Positions 20,664 through 30,672 are shown, counted from the stretch's first letter. The stretch: 64,000 nt of DNA from an uncultured Armatimonadetes bacterium (GCA_963717145.1 OY970325.1:416001-480000); one strand, 5' to 3'. Notes: generated from the sequence alone by a model not told the origin. Numbers and translations: made by a program.

Positions 20664-20777
20664 GGGCTGTAGGGGCGATCCTTCAACGGTCGCCCGTTCG
20701 GTTTCGGCGGGCGACCGTTGAAGGATCGCCCCTACAGCCCTGGCAACATGGCCGGCACAGAGGGACGGCCACTACAG
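20664..20777. repeat. GTAG-type REP palindrome plus a half copy of a second GTAG REP
   Basis: GTAGGGGCGATCCTTCAACGGTCGCCC and its inverse, then GGCCGGCACAGAGGGACGGCCACTAC. Confidence 0.8.
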
Positions 20778-20790
20778 ACAGAGCACCGAT

Positions 20791-21678
20791 ATGCAACAGA
20801 TCATCCAATCCGCGCCGAATTTCAGCGAAGGACGTGACCGGGCGACGATCGAGGCGATTGCCGATGCCTTCCGATCCGTGGAGGCAGTCCGACTCATCGA
20901 CCACTCGTCTGATGTCGATCACAACCGGTCGGTCTATACGATCCTCGGCGGTCCGGTAGCGGTCAGAGCCGCCATATTCGCCGCCGTATCCGAAGCCATC
21001 AAGCTGATCGACTTGGGGGAACACCAGGGCGGCCACCCCCGCATCGGCGCGGCGGATGTCATTCCGCTCGTCCCGCTCAGAAACATCACCATGCGGGAAT
21101 GTGTCGAGGCCTCCTACCTGATCGGCGAGGACCTGTCCTCCCTTGGCATTCCGGTCTACTACTACGAGCAATCGGCGAGTCGGCTGCATCGCACGAATCT
21201 GGCCGATGTCCGTCGCGGTGGATTCGAGCGCCTCTGCACCGTCCGCCTTGAGGGCGAGTGCGAGCCGGACGCCGGACCGCGTGCGGTCCATCCCAGTGCG
21301 GGAGCGACCGCCGTCGGCGCGCGAGGTCCTCTGGTCGCCTACAACATCAACCTCGACAGCGAAGACATCGATGCGGCCCGTCAGATCGCTCGCGATACCC
21401 GGGCGCACCGATCCGGGCTCGTCGGCGTCAAGGCGATAGGCGTGTGGCTGGCAAGCAGGTCTGTCGCCCAGGTTTCGATGAACATCACCCGGCCCGACCA
21501 GGTTACGCTGAAGCGCGTGTTCGAGTATGTCAGCGACCGAGCGGCCGAACGCGGAATCAGTGTGTTGGAGAGCGAGGTCATCGGCGCCATCCCGCGGAAA
21601 GCCCTCGAAGCAACGACCCCGGAAGCGCTAAGAATCGCCGGATTCAAAGACACGCAGGTCCTCGAGACCTGGCTGTAA
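20791..21678 (+). CDS. ftcD: Glutamate formiminotransferase
   Basis: PNFSEGR, DHNRSV, HPRIGA.D, GAR..L.AYN and QVSMN motifs. Confidence 0.9.
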   Translation: MQQIIQSAPNFSEGRDRATIEAIADAFRSVEAVRLIDHSSDVDHNRSVYTILGGPVAVRAAIFAAVSEAIKLIDLGEHQGGHPRIGAADVIPLVPLRNITMRECVEASYLIGEDLSSLGIPVYYYEQSASRLHRTNLADVRRGGFERLCTVRLEGECEPDAGPRAVHPSAGATAVGARGPLVAYNINLDSEDIDAARQIARDTRAHRSGLVGVKAIGVWLASRSVAQVSMNITRPDQVTLKRVFEYVSDRAAERGISVLESEVIGAIPRKALEATTPEALRIAGFKDTQVLETWL

Positions 21679-21870
21679 ACGCTGTGCGCACCCACCAGTA
21701 TTCTGCTCGCATATTCTTCCTGCCTTGGGAAAAAGGAATACCCGCGATCAGCGTAGAAACCAGAAACGGATTCTCGGCACATGAGCATGCGGACGGCGAC
21801 TAATCGAGTGCAAGTCTGGGTATGGAATTATCGGCTGTGTGCCTGATATGAGAGAATAGAGGTCTAGACG

Positions 21871-22638
21871 GTGAAGACGATAAGTGGTATCGGAGCCCAT
21901 CTGGAGCGGGCGAAGCTGCTGCGCGAAGAGGGCGACCTCGAAGGCGCGATTGCGTCGCTGCAGAAAGCGCTGAAGTCGGTCGGCGACAAGTCGCCCGTCT
22001 ATCTCGAGCTTGCCGATCTGTATCGCGACCAGCGGAAGTCCGGGATGGCGATCGAGGCGATGCGCAAGGCGATCAAACGCCGTCCGAACGACGTGCAGGT
22101 TCGTGAGACGCTCCTCGAGATGCTGCTCGAGATCGGCCGGTTCGACGACTGCATCGAAGAGAGCAAGGCGCTCCTCAAGTTGAGTCCCAAGAGCCTGAGC
22201 GCGCGGGATGTCCTCAGCATCGCCTATATCCAGAAAGACATGATCGAGAGGGCGATGCAGGTCACCAACGAGATGATCAACCTGGACCCCAGTTCGCCGG
22301 GAAACCATTTCAAGAAGGCACTGCTCTACCAGCAGAAGGACGACATCGGGAATGCGATCCATGAGTTCACCCGCGTTCTCGAGATGGGTGCCGACGATGA
22401 ACTGGCGGAAGGCGCTCAGCAGGCGATCGAGGTGCTCGACCAGTTGCAGATCCGGCACATCGTGATGCTGGCGGTCGAGGACTTCATATTCCGGGCCAAG
22501 CTGATGCGCGATCCGGAGTCGGCGGCCCTCGAGCGGGGTTTCAGCCTCAGTTACATGGGGATGTCGATGCTCAAACAGATCGAGTTCGACGAGCTGTCCG
22601 ACGTCTGGAGCGAATGGAAGCAGAGGTTCTACCATTGA
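21871..22638 (+). CDS. TPR protein with C-terminal NHLP-leader-like domain
   Basis: About five TPR helix pairs; C-terminus LAVEDFIFRAKLMRDP...GFSLS. Confidence 0.75.
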   Translation: MKTISGIGAHLERAKLLREEGDLEGAIASLQKALKSVGDKSPVYLELADLYRDQRKSGMAIEAMRKAIKRRPNDVQVRETLLEMLLEIGRFDDCIEESKALLKLSPKSLSARDVLSIAYIQKDMIERAMQVTNEMINLDPSSPGNHFKKALLYQQKDDIGNAIHEFTRVLEMGADDELAEGAQQAIEVLDQLQIRHIVMLAVEDFIFRAKLMRDPESAALERGFSLSYMGMSMLKQIEFDELSDVWSEWKQRFYH

Positions 22639-22641
22639 GCA

Positions 22642-22710
22642 CTGACCCCGGATGACCCTCACCCCAACCCTCTGAGGGAGAGGGTTGGGGTGAGGGTCAT
22701 CCGGGGTCAG
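22642..22710. repeat. CCCTCACCCC-type palindromic element
   Basis: ~31-bp arms CTGACCCCGGATGACCCTCACCCCAACCCT. Confidence 0.8.
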
Positions 22711-22759
22711 CGCGGTATCCGCTCGTGCAGCGCCGGACCAACGGGAGGGTTCAGTTCTC

Positions 22760-24004
22760 GTGACTGAGCAGGGACAGAGCGACAGATACAACGTCCGGAT
22801 CCATACCACACAACGAACCGCGGAACTGGCGGCCATGATGACGAGAGTCGGGGCGGAACCGCCCGGAGTAGCCAGGATGGTCCCAAAGGCGGTTCATTAT
22901 GTTGTGGAGGTACATGGCGTCCGCACGCCTGCCGCTCTGATCATGAAGGAGGAGATGCTCTCCAAGGGCGGGGACGCCGCCATCCACCGCGACTGCATCA
23001 CGGGAGGGGGCGATCGCTCTGACGTGATCCTCATGGGCAGTGAGAAGGCGTTTCGCCGTGTGATCGCGGCTCTTCCGGTCCAGCCATTCTCCCTCAAACG
23101 GATTGCGCGAGAGATCCAGGAGGCCATCGACGGCTTCAATCGCGTGGACTTCCGCCGCCCACCGGATGACCTCCCTTCTGATTCCATCCACAGGCTCTAC
23201 GATACCATCTCAGAGCGCACGGTCATCATGGGCATCCTCAATCTTACGCCCGATTCGTTCTCCGATGGCGGACTCCATGCGAGCGTCGATGCTGCCGTCG
23301 AGCATGGGATGCGCATGATCGGTGACGGCGCGGACATCATCGACATCGGCGGCGAGTCGAGCCGTCCGGGAGCCGATCCGGTTTCCATCGACGAGGAGAT
23401 GTCGCGCGTTCTGCCGGTGATCGAGAGATTCGCTCCCAAGACGTTGGTCTCGGTGGATACGTGCAAGCCTGAGGTCGCACGGGCCGCTCTCGATGCCGGG
23501 GCGCACATCGTCAACGACATCACCGGCCTGTCGGAACCGGCAATGAGAGAGCTCGTGGCCGAGCGGAAGTGTCCTGCGGTGATGATGCACATGAAGGGCA
23601 CCCCTCAGACGATGCAGCAGGAGGCGGCCTACGACGACGTGACCTCCGAGGTGATGGCGTATCTCCGCGAGCGGATCGCGTTGGCGGTCGAGGCCGGCAT
23701 CGCGCGGGAGCTGCTGATCGTCGATCCAGGGATCGGTTTCGCGAAAACGACCGAGCACAATATGGAGATCATCCGCAACTTGGGCGACTTCAGGTCGCTC
23801 GGACTTCCCATCCTCATCGGCACGTCACGCAAGCGGTTCATCGGTCAGGTGCTCGGCGATCTCCCCGCAAACGAGCGGGTCGAGGGCACGGCCGCGACGG
23901 TCGCGCTCAGCGTCGCCAACGGAGCGAACGTCATCCGCGTCCATGATGTGAAGGAGATGTCCCGAGTGGCCCGAATGACGGATGCGATTGTCCGGGGCAG
24001 GTAG
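22760..24004 (+). CDS. folP: Dihydropteroate synthase with N-terminal extension
   Basis: MGILNLTPDSFSDGG, DPGIGFAK, SRKRF and RVHDV motifs. Confidence 0.94.
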   Translation: MTEQGQSDRYNVRIHTTQRTAELAAMMTRVGAEPPGVARMVPKAVHYVVEVHGVRTPAALIMKEEMLSKGGDAAIHRDCITGGGDRSDVILMGSEKAFRRVIAALPVQPFSLKRIAREIQEAIDGFNRVDFRRPPDDLPSDSIHRLYDTISERTVIMGILNLTPDSFSDGGLHASVDAAVEHGMRMIGDGADIIDIGGESSRPGADPVSIDEEMSRVLPVIERFAPKTLVSVDTCKPEVARAALDAGAHIVNDITGLSEPAMRELVAERKCPAVMMHMKGTPQTMQQEAAYDDVTSEVMAYLRERIALAVEAGIARELLIVDPGIGFAKTTEHNMEIIRNLGDFRSLGLPILIGTSRKRFIGQVLGDLPANERVEGTAATVALSVANGANVIRVHDVKEMSRVARMTDAIVRGR

Positions 24005-24010
24005 GACAAT

Positions 24011-25051
24011 CTACCGCGTCATCTTTTTCCGTCCTCGCAGCAGCAGGAATCCGACTCCTCCTGCGAGCGCGAGCAACGACGATGGTTCGGGAACCATGGT
24101 TGAGAGATAGATATCCGTGCGCCGTTCGGTGCCTTCTCCTGCCCAAGCTACCTTATTGCCGTACACGGAAGGGCTCCAGCCATAAGTGCTTTCACTAACG
24201 CGGCTGATGCCGTGAACAGGATCGAAAGACCGGACCCGGGCCAGATCGATCCCACTCTGCCACACGACCAAGTCGCCCCATAGCTGCGTATATTGGACTT
24301 GAGACCACTCGGTGAACCAATGTTCAGCAAGCGTCCTCCACCCCCCTGCTGGTGTCCATTCATTAAGGTAACCTGGTATCAGATCATAGCCATTGCCGTT
24401 CCAATGATCGTAGCCAAGCGACCAGGCGACCACCTTGTCCTCATACACGGCGGGCGATATCCCACTCCCCAGGTTTACCGCTCCTCCTTCCGCAGTCCAC
24501 ATATACGTCCCGTGCTGGCTGTCATCCCAGACCACGCGGTTTCCCCAGATCTTTGGATCTTCCTGCCACGTGTTGCTCGGGAACAGCGCTCTATTGCCGT
24601 TTATGGGGTCATACATGTAGACCTGCGGTCTGCCGCTCTCCCAATTCTCATAGACAACGGTGTCGCCGAAGATGGATGCGTCGTATTGATCTCCCGGCGC
24701 GGTGCTTATCGGCCTCTCGCCGTTGATGGGATCATAGATATACAGATCGAGTTGGTCGTTCACGTAGTGGTTCGTCACCAGCTTGTCTCCATACACGGCG
24801 TTTATATTCCGATTTACGCCATCGCCGCCCAGCAGTCGTCTTGATGCCTGAGCCTGATCCCGAACGTAGATTTCCCCGTAGCTGCTCTCCCAGCTAGCAT
24901 AGTAGAGGTTGTCTCCCCAGACTTTCGGTGTATGTTCAGCCCATGGCGTGTTGGTGATCCTTTGTTCCTGCCATATCTGCTGGGAGAACGCATGCGTGGA
25001 GAGGATGGCCCCAAGAGTGAGGGCCAGGAGGGTAATGCGAGTCGTCTTCAT
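24011..25051 (-). CDS. PEP-CTERM surface protein (beta-propeller-like repeats)
   Basis: Signal peptide; VPEPSS, TM segment and RGRKK tail. Confidence 0.88.
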   Translation of the reverse strand: MKTTRITLLALTLGAILSTHAFSQQIWQEQRITNTPWAEHTPKVWGDNLYYASWESSYGEIYVRDQAQASRRLLGGDGVNRNINAVYGDKLVTNHYVNDQLDLYIYDPINGERPISTAPGDQYDASIFGDTVVYENWESGRPQVYMYDPINGNRALFPSNTWQEDPKIWGNRVVWDDSQHGTYMWTAEGGAVNLGSGISPAVYEDKVVAWSLGYDHWNGNGYDLIPGYLNEWTPAGGWRTLAEHWFTEWSQVQYTQLWGDLVVWQSGIDLARVRSFDPVHGISRVSESTYGWSPSVYGNKVAWAGEGTERRTDIYLSTMVPEPSSLLALAGGVGFLLLRGRKKMTR

Positions 25052-25180
25052 TCGTGTACCGCCTTCCGTTCGGTGTGCTGGTACTGCTGAAAACCTTCCG
25101 CTACTATGTGAGACACTGCTTGGCCGCAAAAGGTTAGGCCGTTGAAGTGGAAAAGCCGGCAAACCTCACAGTACTCTATC

Positions 25181-25196
25181 TGCAAGATTCGTGCCA
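25181..25196 (-). promoter_or_regulatory. Sigma-54 (-24/-12) promoter
   Basis: TGGCACGAATCTTGCA upstream of the PEP-CTERM gene. Confidence 0.8.
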
Positions 25197-25278
25197 GTTA
25201 CGCGTTTGTCGGCATATCTACGGAAAGTCGTCGTTGGGGCAGGCGATCGACGTGCTGGGCGATCGTGCGCGGTGTCGT

Positions 25279-25343
25279 GTAGTGGCCGTGCCTCTGTGCC
25301 GGCCATATCACGTTGCAGGCCGGCACAGAGGCACGGCCACTAC
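25279..25343. repeat. GTAG-type REP palindrome
   Basis: GTAGTGGCCGTGCCTCTGTGCCGGCC and its inverse; near-identical arms at 55261-55326. Confidence 0.82.
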
Positions 25344-25347
25344 ATGC

Positions 25348-25992
25348 TCAGTAGAGCCCTTCGAGGAGCACTTCGCGGCCGAGAGGGATGACCTCGCAGT
25401 ACTTCCACAGGCTGTCCAGGAAGCAGCGGTTGGCGCACAGTCCGCCGGAGACGTAGAGCCTCTCGGGCTTCTGCGCGAAGGTGTGGACGTTGAACGCGAT
25501 GCCGTGAACGAACGCCGCGAGCGCATCCTCCGCCAAGCCCCCGTGGATGATCGCGTCGAAAATCCTCTCGATGGCGAACACCCCGCAGGTCACCGGCAGG
25601 CGCTGATCCGAGACCGGCAGCCTGCTGTAGTCCACCTTGTAGTACTCGCCGAGCAGCTCCAGCGTGAACCCCGTCGTCGCCCCGCACGCCTGGTTCCAGT
25701 CGAGCTTGTCGAGCTTGCGATCGGTGAACCGAACGTACTTCGTGTCCCGGCAGCCGATGTCCACCACCGTGAAGTTGTCCTCGTGTACCAGCTTGAGGCT
25801 CCCCTGTGCGAGGGCGACAAGCTCGTTCTCGTAGCAGTCGGTCCGTCCACGTCCGAGGTGCCCGGTCGCGACATCGAAGCGGATCGACTCGTCGGCCAGG
25901 ACCTGGCGTGTCGGCGCAATAAGAACTTCATTCACCTCGAGGTTCTTGATCTTGCTCCACGAACTTCCACAGTCAGCAATCACAGTAGGCAT
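25348..25992 (-). CDS. HgdC/BadF-like activator ATPase (compact)
   Basis: DCGSSWSK, ATG.G, DIG..DTK, N..C...TG, TCGVFA and SGG motifs. Confidence 0.8.
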   Translation of the reverse strand: MPTVIADCGSSWSKIKNLEVNEVLIAPTRQVLADESIRFDVATGHLGRGRTDCYENELVALAQGSLKLVHEDNFTVVDIGCRDTKYVRFTDRKLDKLDWNQACGATTGFTLELLGEYYKVDYSRLPVSDQRLPVTCGVFAIERIFDAIIHGGLAEDALAAFVHGIAFNVHTFAQKPERLYVSGGLCANRCFLDSLWKYCEVIPLGREVLLEGLY

Positions 25993-26013
25993 GGTTGATG
26001 GTTAATGGTCTAT

Positions 26014-27085
26014 TGTCCAGTCTCATGACATTATGAACACCGTGGGTTGAAAAGAAGGAGGTGCATGCGGTAGTCTCTTTGATGATCGCCAAACCAAAAA
26101 AGGAGACCACTCGCATGCAGATCCATTCTAACGCAACCAGCAATATGAAGCAACGGCGGTTTTTCAGGCAGAGTCCCAAGAGCTGCAGAAAGCTCGCAGA
26201 TATCTGCCATGTATCGCCGGCAACAGTCTGCAAATGGAAGGCCCGGGGTGACCAGCAAGACCGCAGCAGTCGGCCCAGGAAGATCCATTATGCATTCAGC
26301 CCCGAAGAGGAGGAGATCATCCTCTCGCTCCGGGACAAAGGTCTAGCACTCGATGCACTGGTGCGTGCAGTAGTCACAGTTCTGCCGAATGCAGAACGCG
26401 CCAGTATACATCGCTTACTGAGCAGAAAAGGGGTGAGCAGACTCCCCCAGTACCAAAAAGAAAAGAGAGAAAGTCCAGGCAAGTTCAAAGAGTATCTGCC
26501 TGGATACCTTCACATAGACTGTTTCTACCTGCCCAAGATCGGGGGCAAGAGGAAGTATTGCTTCGTTGCGGTAGACAGAGCAACAAGGCTAGCCTTCCTC
26601 CAGGTGTACGACAACCTAACCAAGGAATCCGCAGTGGGCTTCCTTGGACTGTGCATGTGGTTCTATCCGTTCATGATCCACAAGATCCTGACAGACAACG
26701 GTAGAGAGTTCACTCTGGCCAATTGGAGCCGTTGGGGCAGTCCGGCGAAGAGACCTCACTTCTTTGATGAAGTATGCTCAGCCTGTGGTATTGAACACAG
26801 GCTCACCCGGCCGTATACACCAAAGACCAACGGTCTGGTGGAACGCATGAACGGACTGATCCAGGAGGGCACGTACAAGATGCACAGATATCCTGGATAT
26901 CCGGAGTTGATAGATGGACTCCACCAGTGGCTGACCATCTACAATCTAAGGAGACAGCACAGCGCGATCGGTGGCAAGACACCCTATGAGAAGGTCTGCG
27001 ACTGGTACGCGCAAAGACCAGATCTGTTTATCAAAGAGCCTACCGACTTACTGAACTACCGTTCACAACGTGGTGGGACTTGACA
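26014..27085 (+). mobile_element. IS481-family insertion sequence
   Basis: TGT...ACA ends with imperfect 25-bp IRs TGTCCAGTCTCATGACATTATGAAC / TGTCAAGTCCCACCACGTTGTGAAC; no clear target duplication. Confidence 0.88.
26115..27083 (+). CDS. IS481-family DDE transposase
   Basis: IHSNA start, HID, TDNGREF and TPKTNGLVER motifs. Confidence 0.92.
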   Translation: MQIHSNATSNMKQRRFFRQSPKSCRKLADICHVSPATVCKWKARGDQQDRSSRPRKIHYAFSPEEEEIILSLRDKGLALDALVRAVVTVLPNAERASIHRLLSRKGVSRLPQYQKEKRESPGKFKEYLPGYLHIDCFYLPKIGGKRKYCFVAVDRATRLAFLQVYDNLTKESAVGFLGLCMWFYPFMIHKILTDNGREFTLANWSRWGSPAKRPHFFDEVCSACGIEHRLTRPYTPKTNGLVERMNGLIQEGTYKMHRYPGYPELIDGLHQWLTIYNLRRQHSAIGGKTPYEKVCDWYAQRPDLFIKEPTDLLNYRSQRGGT

Positions 27086-27148
27086 GTTGATGGTTCATGG
27101 TTAATGGGGAATGGGAATGGGAAATGAGACTTGGTCTGCCATCAACCA

Positions 27149-27880
27149 TCAACCATTTCCCCGTAGTCTGACGAACGCCGAGACCTTCGCGACTACGCTG
27201 TTTGTCACCGGGCCGTCGCAGTCCACATACAGGCCGTGGTGCTTCTCGGCCAGATACCGCGCCAGGCTGTTTTTCGCACAGAACGACTGCGCGTAGAAGA
27301 CCGTCGGGACAGCCGGATCGACCTCCATCTCGAGTTCGAGGTCGGCTGGCGCCCCGGCCTCGACGCACCTCGACCAGCCGTAGACGTGAGTCGTATCCGG
27401 GAAGAGTCGCAGCAGATCGAAGTCGTGCGGAGGAACGCCCCAGAACCCGTGAGTCGGCTCGACCCACTTGTGCCGCTTGCGGTTCGGTGCGACCACCGTA
27501 TTGGTGATCCGTTTGATCTTCTCCACGAGCGGCAATCCGCACGTCGAGATCGTGATCGGCCCCCGCTCCGTCTCGGTGTTGCGTGTCTCCACGATCGGAA
27601 AGCCCAAGTCGCTCAGGATGATAGCCGCGAACCGTCCGCCGTCGCATTTATCCTCGCCGATCGCTGCGATGATGATTCGAAGCTCCTTGCGGAGGTGGAC
27701 CGAGTTGTCCACGATGTTGGTGATGATCTGGCAGTACGCATCCGGCACAAGGCCGCACGGAGGCGCGCTCATGTCCAGGTCCAGGTCGATGAACTCATCG
27801 AACGGGTGCTTGCGCCTGTACTGATCTATCACCTGTCGGGGAGGCACTCCCCAGTAGCCGATTAGCTTTGACTGAGCCAT
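27149..27880 (-). CDS. Cys-rich hypothetical protein, possible 2-hydroxyacyl-CoA-dehydratase-like partner of the ATPase
   Basis: Two GYWGVPP/GFWGVPP half-repeats; Cys motifs YC, KCD, RC, FC; co-oriented with the ATPase. Confidence 0.65.
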   Translation of the reverse strand: MAQSKLIGYWGVPPRQVIDQYRRKHPFDEFIDLDLDMSAPPCGLVPDAYCQIITNIVDNSVHLRKELRIIIAAIGEDKCDGGRFAAIILSDLGFPIVETRNTETERGPITISTCGLPLVEKIKRITNTVVAPNRKRHKWVEPTHGFWGVPPHDFDLLRLFPDTTHVYGWSRCVEAGAPADLELEMEVDPAVPTVFYAQSFCAKNSLARYLAEKHHGLYVDCDGPVTNSVVAKVSAFVRLRGNG

Positions 27881-27925
27881 ATGATCCGCGCGTAGTATAG
27901 CACGCGGCCCCTTCGGCAGTCCATC

Positions 27926-27955
27926 TTGACCGAGAGGGCCGATACAGGCTATAAT
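27926..27955 (+). promoter_or_regulatory. tRNA promoter
   Basis: TTGACC-N18-TATAAT. Confidence 0.65.
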
Positions 27956-27965
27956 GCAGTAGCAT

Positions 27966-28039
27966 TCCGGGGTCGTCCAACGGCAGGACACGGGCCTTTG
28001 GAGCCCGGTATTCAGGTTCGAATCCTGACCCCGGAGCCA
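27966..28039 (+). tRNA. tRNA-Gln(TTG)
   Basis: Acceptor stem TCCGGGG/CCCCGGA, anticodon arm CGGGC-CTTTGGA-GCCCG, GGTTCGAATCC, encoded CCA. Confidence 0.96.
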
Positions 28040-28103
28040 CATCTTTCACCCCAACTCCCACCACCGCTTGACACATCCGACGCTTCCTGCCATCATCGGT
28101 GTG

Positions 28104-28204
28104 CGGACCCTCACCCCCGACCCCTCTCCCTCAGAAGGGCGAGGGGAGCAGCTTGCAGTCCCCCCTCGCCCTTCTGAGGGAGAGGGGTCGGGGGTGAGGG
28201 TCCG
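28104..28204. repeat. CCCTCACCCC-type palindromic element
   Basis: GGACCCTCACCCCCGACCCCTCTCCCTCAGAAGGGCGAGGGG and its inverse. Confidence 0.82.
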
Positions 28205-28227
28205 TGCCAAAGGGAGGAATCGAACCA

Positions 28228-29451
28228 ATGGACCATTCGAGGAGGGATTTCCTGCGCCGAAGCGGTATGGCACTCGTGGGAGTCGCGCTGGCACCGGAAC
28301 TGGTCGGCGCGCAGACGACAGGAGGCACGGAGAGAAGCATGGACAAGAAGATCAGGATCGGCGTGGTCGGCGGCGGATTCGGGGCCGCGTTCCACTGGCA
28401 TCGGGACCCGAACTGCATCGTCGAGGCGGTGAGCGACCTCAGACCGGACAGGCGCAAGCATCTCCAGGACGTCTATGGGTGCAACAAGCCCTACGATTCG
28501 CTGGAGGATCTGATCAAGGACAAGGACGTGGATGCGGTGGCGATATTCACCGGCGCGCCGGACCACGTGAAGCATGCCGTCGCCTGCATGAAGGCCGGCA
28601 AGCACGTGATCTCCGCCGTTCCCGCCTGCATCTCGCTCGACCAGGCGGAGGAACTCCTCGCCGCGCAGAAGAAGACCGGCCTGACCTACATGATGGCCGA
28701 GACGAGCTACTATCACCCCGTCTTCATCTCGGCGCGCAAGTTCTATGCCGAGGGCAAGTTCGGCGATATCTACTACACCGAGTCCGAGTACCACCACGCG
28801 GGGATGGAATACTCGCTCTGGGAGGACGCGCAGGGCAAGACCTGGCGATGGGCCTACCCGCCGATGCTCTATCCGACCCACTGCACCTCGTTCCTCGTCG
28901 GGCTCACGGGCGAGCGGCTGACGGAGGTCTCCTGCATCGGCTGGGGCGACGGCGACCCGATCATGGACGGCAACATCTACAACAACAAGTTCTGGAACGA
29001 GACCGCGCTCTTCAAGACCGACAGGGGCAACGCCTTCCGCGTCTCGATCAACTGGCGAGGGGCGTTCGGCGGGACGGAGCGGGCGCAGTGGTATGGCAGC
29101 AAGATGAGCCTGTTCGAGGGGCATCCGAACGGTGTGGGACCGGTAATGCGAAGATCGACGGACAAGTTCGTCAAGGACGGGGCAGGGTATGATGTCGGTC
29201 TGGCGGCGTTCGAGCAGTACGATACGCCGAAGTGGGCCGAGATGCTGCTCCCCGAGCCGATGCGCGTCGGCGGCGGACACGACGGGGCCGAGCCGTTCCT
29301 GACGCACGAGTTCATCGATGCGCTGGTGAACGGTCGCAAGCCCGCGATCGACATCCACGAGGCGCTGGCGTATACCGTGCCGGGGATCATCGCGCACAAG
29401 TCGGCGGTCGAGGGCGGCAAGCAGATGAAGGTCCCGAGCTTCGACCGGTAG
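28228..29451 (+). CDS. Tat-exported Gfo/Idh/MocA oxidoreductase
   Basis: SRRDFL Tat motif, GVVGGGFG, GKHVISAVP, YPTH and GGHDG. Confidence 0.88.
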   Translation: MDHSRRDFLRRSGMALVGVALAPELVGAQTTGGTERSMDKKIRIGVVGGGFGAAFHWHRDPNCIVEAVSDLRPDRRKHLQDVYGCNKPYDSLEDLIKDKDVDAVAIFTGAPDHVKHAVACMKAGKHVISAVPACISLDQAEELLAAQKKTGLTYMMAETSYYHPVFISARKFYAEGKFGDIYYTESEYHHAGMEYSLWEDAQGKTWRWAYPPMLYPTHCTSFLVGLTGERLTEVSCIGWGDGDPIMDGNIYNNKFWNETALFKTDRGNAFRVSINWRGAFGGTERAQWYGSKMSLFEGHPNGVGPVMRRSTDKFVKDGAGYDVGLAAFEQYDTPKWAEMLLPEPMRVGGGHDGAEPFLTHEFIDALVNGRKPAIDIHEALAYTVPGIIAHKSAVEGGKQMKVPSFDR

Positions 29452-29562
29452 CGGGGAAGTGAACAGTCGACGGTGAACGGTGAATGGTGAACGGTGCAAA
29501 TGGTTGGGGCAGGAGTTGGACTCCTGCCCCGTGTGGAAAAGCTGTTTGATGCGAGGGATGAT

Positions 29563-30612
29563 CTACCGTCGCCTTCGGATGAGCCCAGCCAGTGCGAGCA
29601 GGCCGCTCCCCAGTGCGAGGAGGCTCGACGGCTCGGGGACGACGTTGTGCCACAGGACCGCGTCATACTTGTTTGTGGCCCAGTTGTGCGCGTAGCCGGA
29701 GATCCAGATATCGTTGCCCACCACCTCGATGCTTCGTGCGCTGGATTCCTGATGCCCAGTGCCCAGTAAGGCGTGGAGATCCACAAAGCTCTCCGCCGTT
29801 CCGCTCCATATGCCCGCGTGGCCACCGCTCCCGAAAGACGCGCCTCCGACCTGCAGGCCGCCGGAGACGTCTCCGATAGACGAACTGATGGCACCGGCGG
29901 GATTGAGGTCCATCCAGCTTGCCGCCGTGCCACTCCACATGCCGGCATGATCATGCGCCTCTCCGAACTGCTGCGCACCTGAAGCGTCACGGACCATAGA
30001 CCAGTTGCTCCCGATGGGATTGAGGTCCACGAAGCTCTGCGCCGTTCCGCTCCATATGCCCGCGTGACCTCCTGCAATCCCATACTGATGGCCGCCTGAG
30101 GCGCCGAAGGCATAGGAAAAAGTCCTCCCGGCGGGATGCAGATCCACCCAGGTCGCCGCTGTCCCGCTCCACATGCCGGCGTGACTAGCTCCGCCGATTG
30201 TGGCATATCCGACCTGCTGACCGCCTAGGACTCCCAAGGCAATGGACCACGGGCTCCCAGCGGGATGGAGATCCACCCAACTTGCCGCCGTCCCGCTCCA
30301 CAGCCCGGCGTGCTGGACGCCGCCGGTGACGGCGAATCCGACCTGCTGGCCTGCTGCGACGCCATAGGCTCGGGACTCGGTGGCTCCGGCGGGATTGAGG
30401 TCCAGCCAGCTCTCGGCCGTCCCGCTCCAGATGCCGCCGCGAGTGCTGCCGCCGATGGTCGCGTATCCGGCCTGCTGGCCTCCGGACATGCCGTAAGCAC
30501 GGGACTCAGTGGCTCCGACGGGAGTGAGGTACGTCACCGTCCATCCGGCCAAAGCGGAGGTGGTGACTACGAAGACAAGTAGTGCGGTGAAGATGAGCCA
30601 ATGCTTGTTCAT
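29563..30612 (-). CDS. PEP-CTERM protein with HAF-like repeats
   Basis: About seven HAG.WSGTA.S.VDL.P repeats; VPEPSS, TM segment and RRRR tail. Confidence 0.9.
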   Translation of the reverse strand: MNKHWLIFTALLVFVVTTSALAGWTVTYLTPVGATESRAYGMSGGQQAGYATIGGSTRGGIWSGTAESWLDLNPAGATESRAYGVAAGQQVGFAVTGGVQHAGLWSGTAASWVDLHPAGSPWSIALGVLGGQQVGYATIGGASHAGMWSGTAATWVDLHPAGRTFSYAFGASGGHQYGIAGGHAGIWSGTAQSFVDLNPIGSNWSMVRDASGAQQFGEAHDHAGMWSGTAASWMDLNPAGAISSSIGDVSGGLQVGGASFGSGGHAGIWSGTAESFVDLHALLGTGHQESSARSIEVVGNDIWISGYAHNWATNKYDAVLWHNVVPEPSSLLALGSGLLALAGLIRRRR

Positions 30613-30672
30613 TCCGAATCTCCTCTAATACAGGATTGTGGCGAGAAGACTGGTCCGCCAGTAGACTACACA

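Noticed and set aside
27966-28204. tRNA-targeted genomic island
   Set aside because: No duplicated tRNA 3' end and no integrase found in the window
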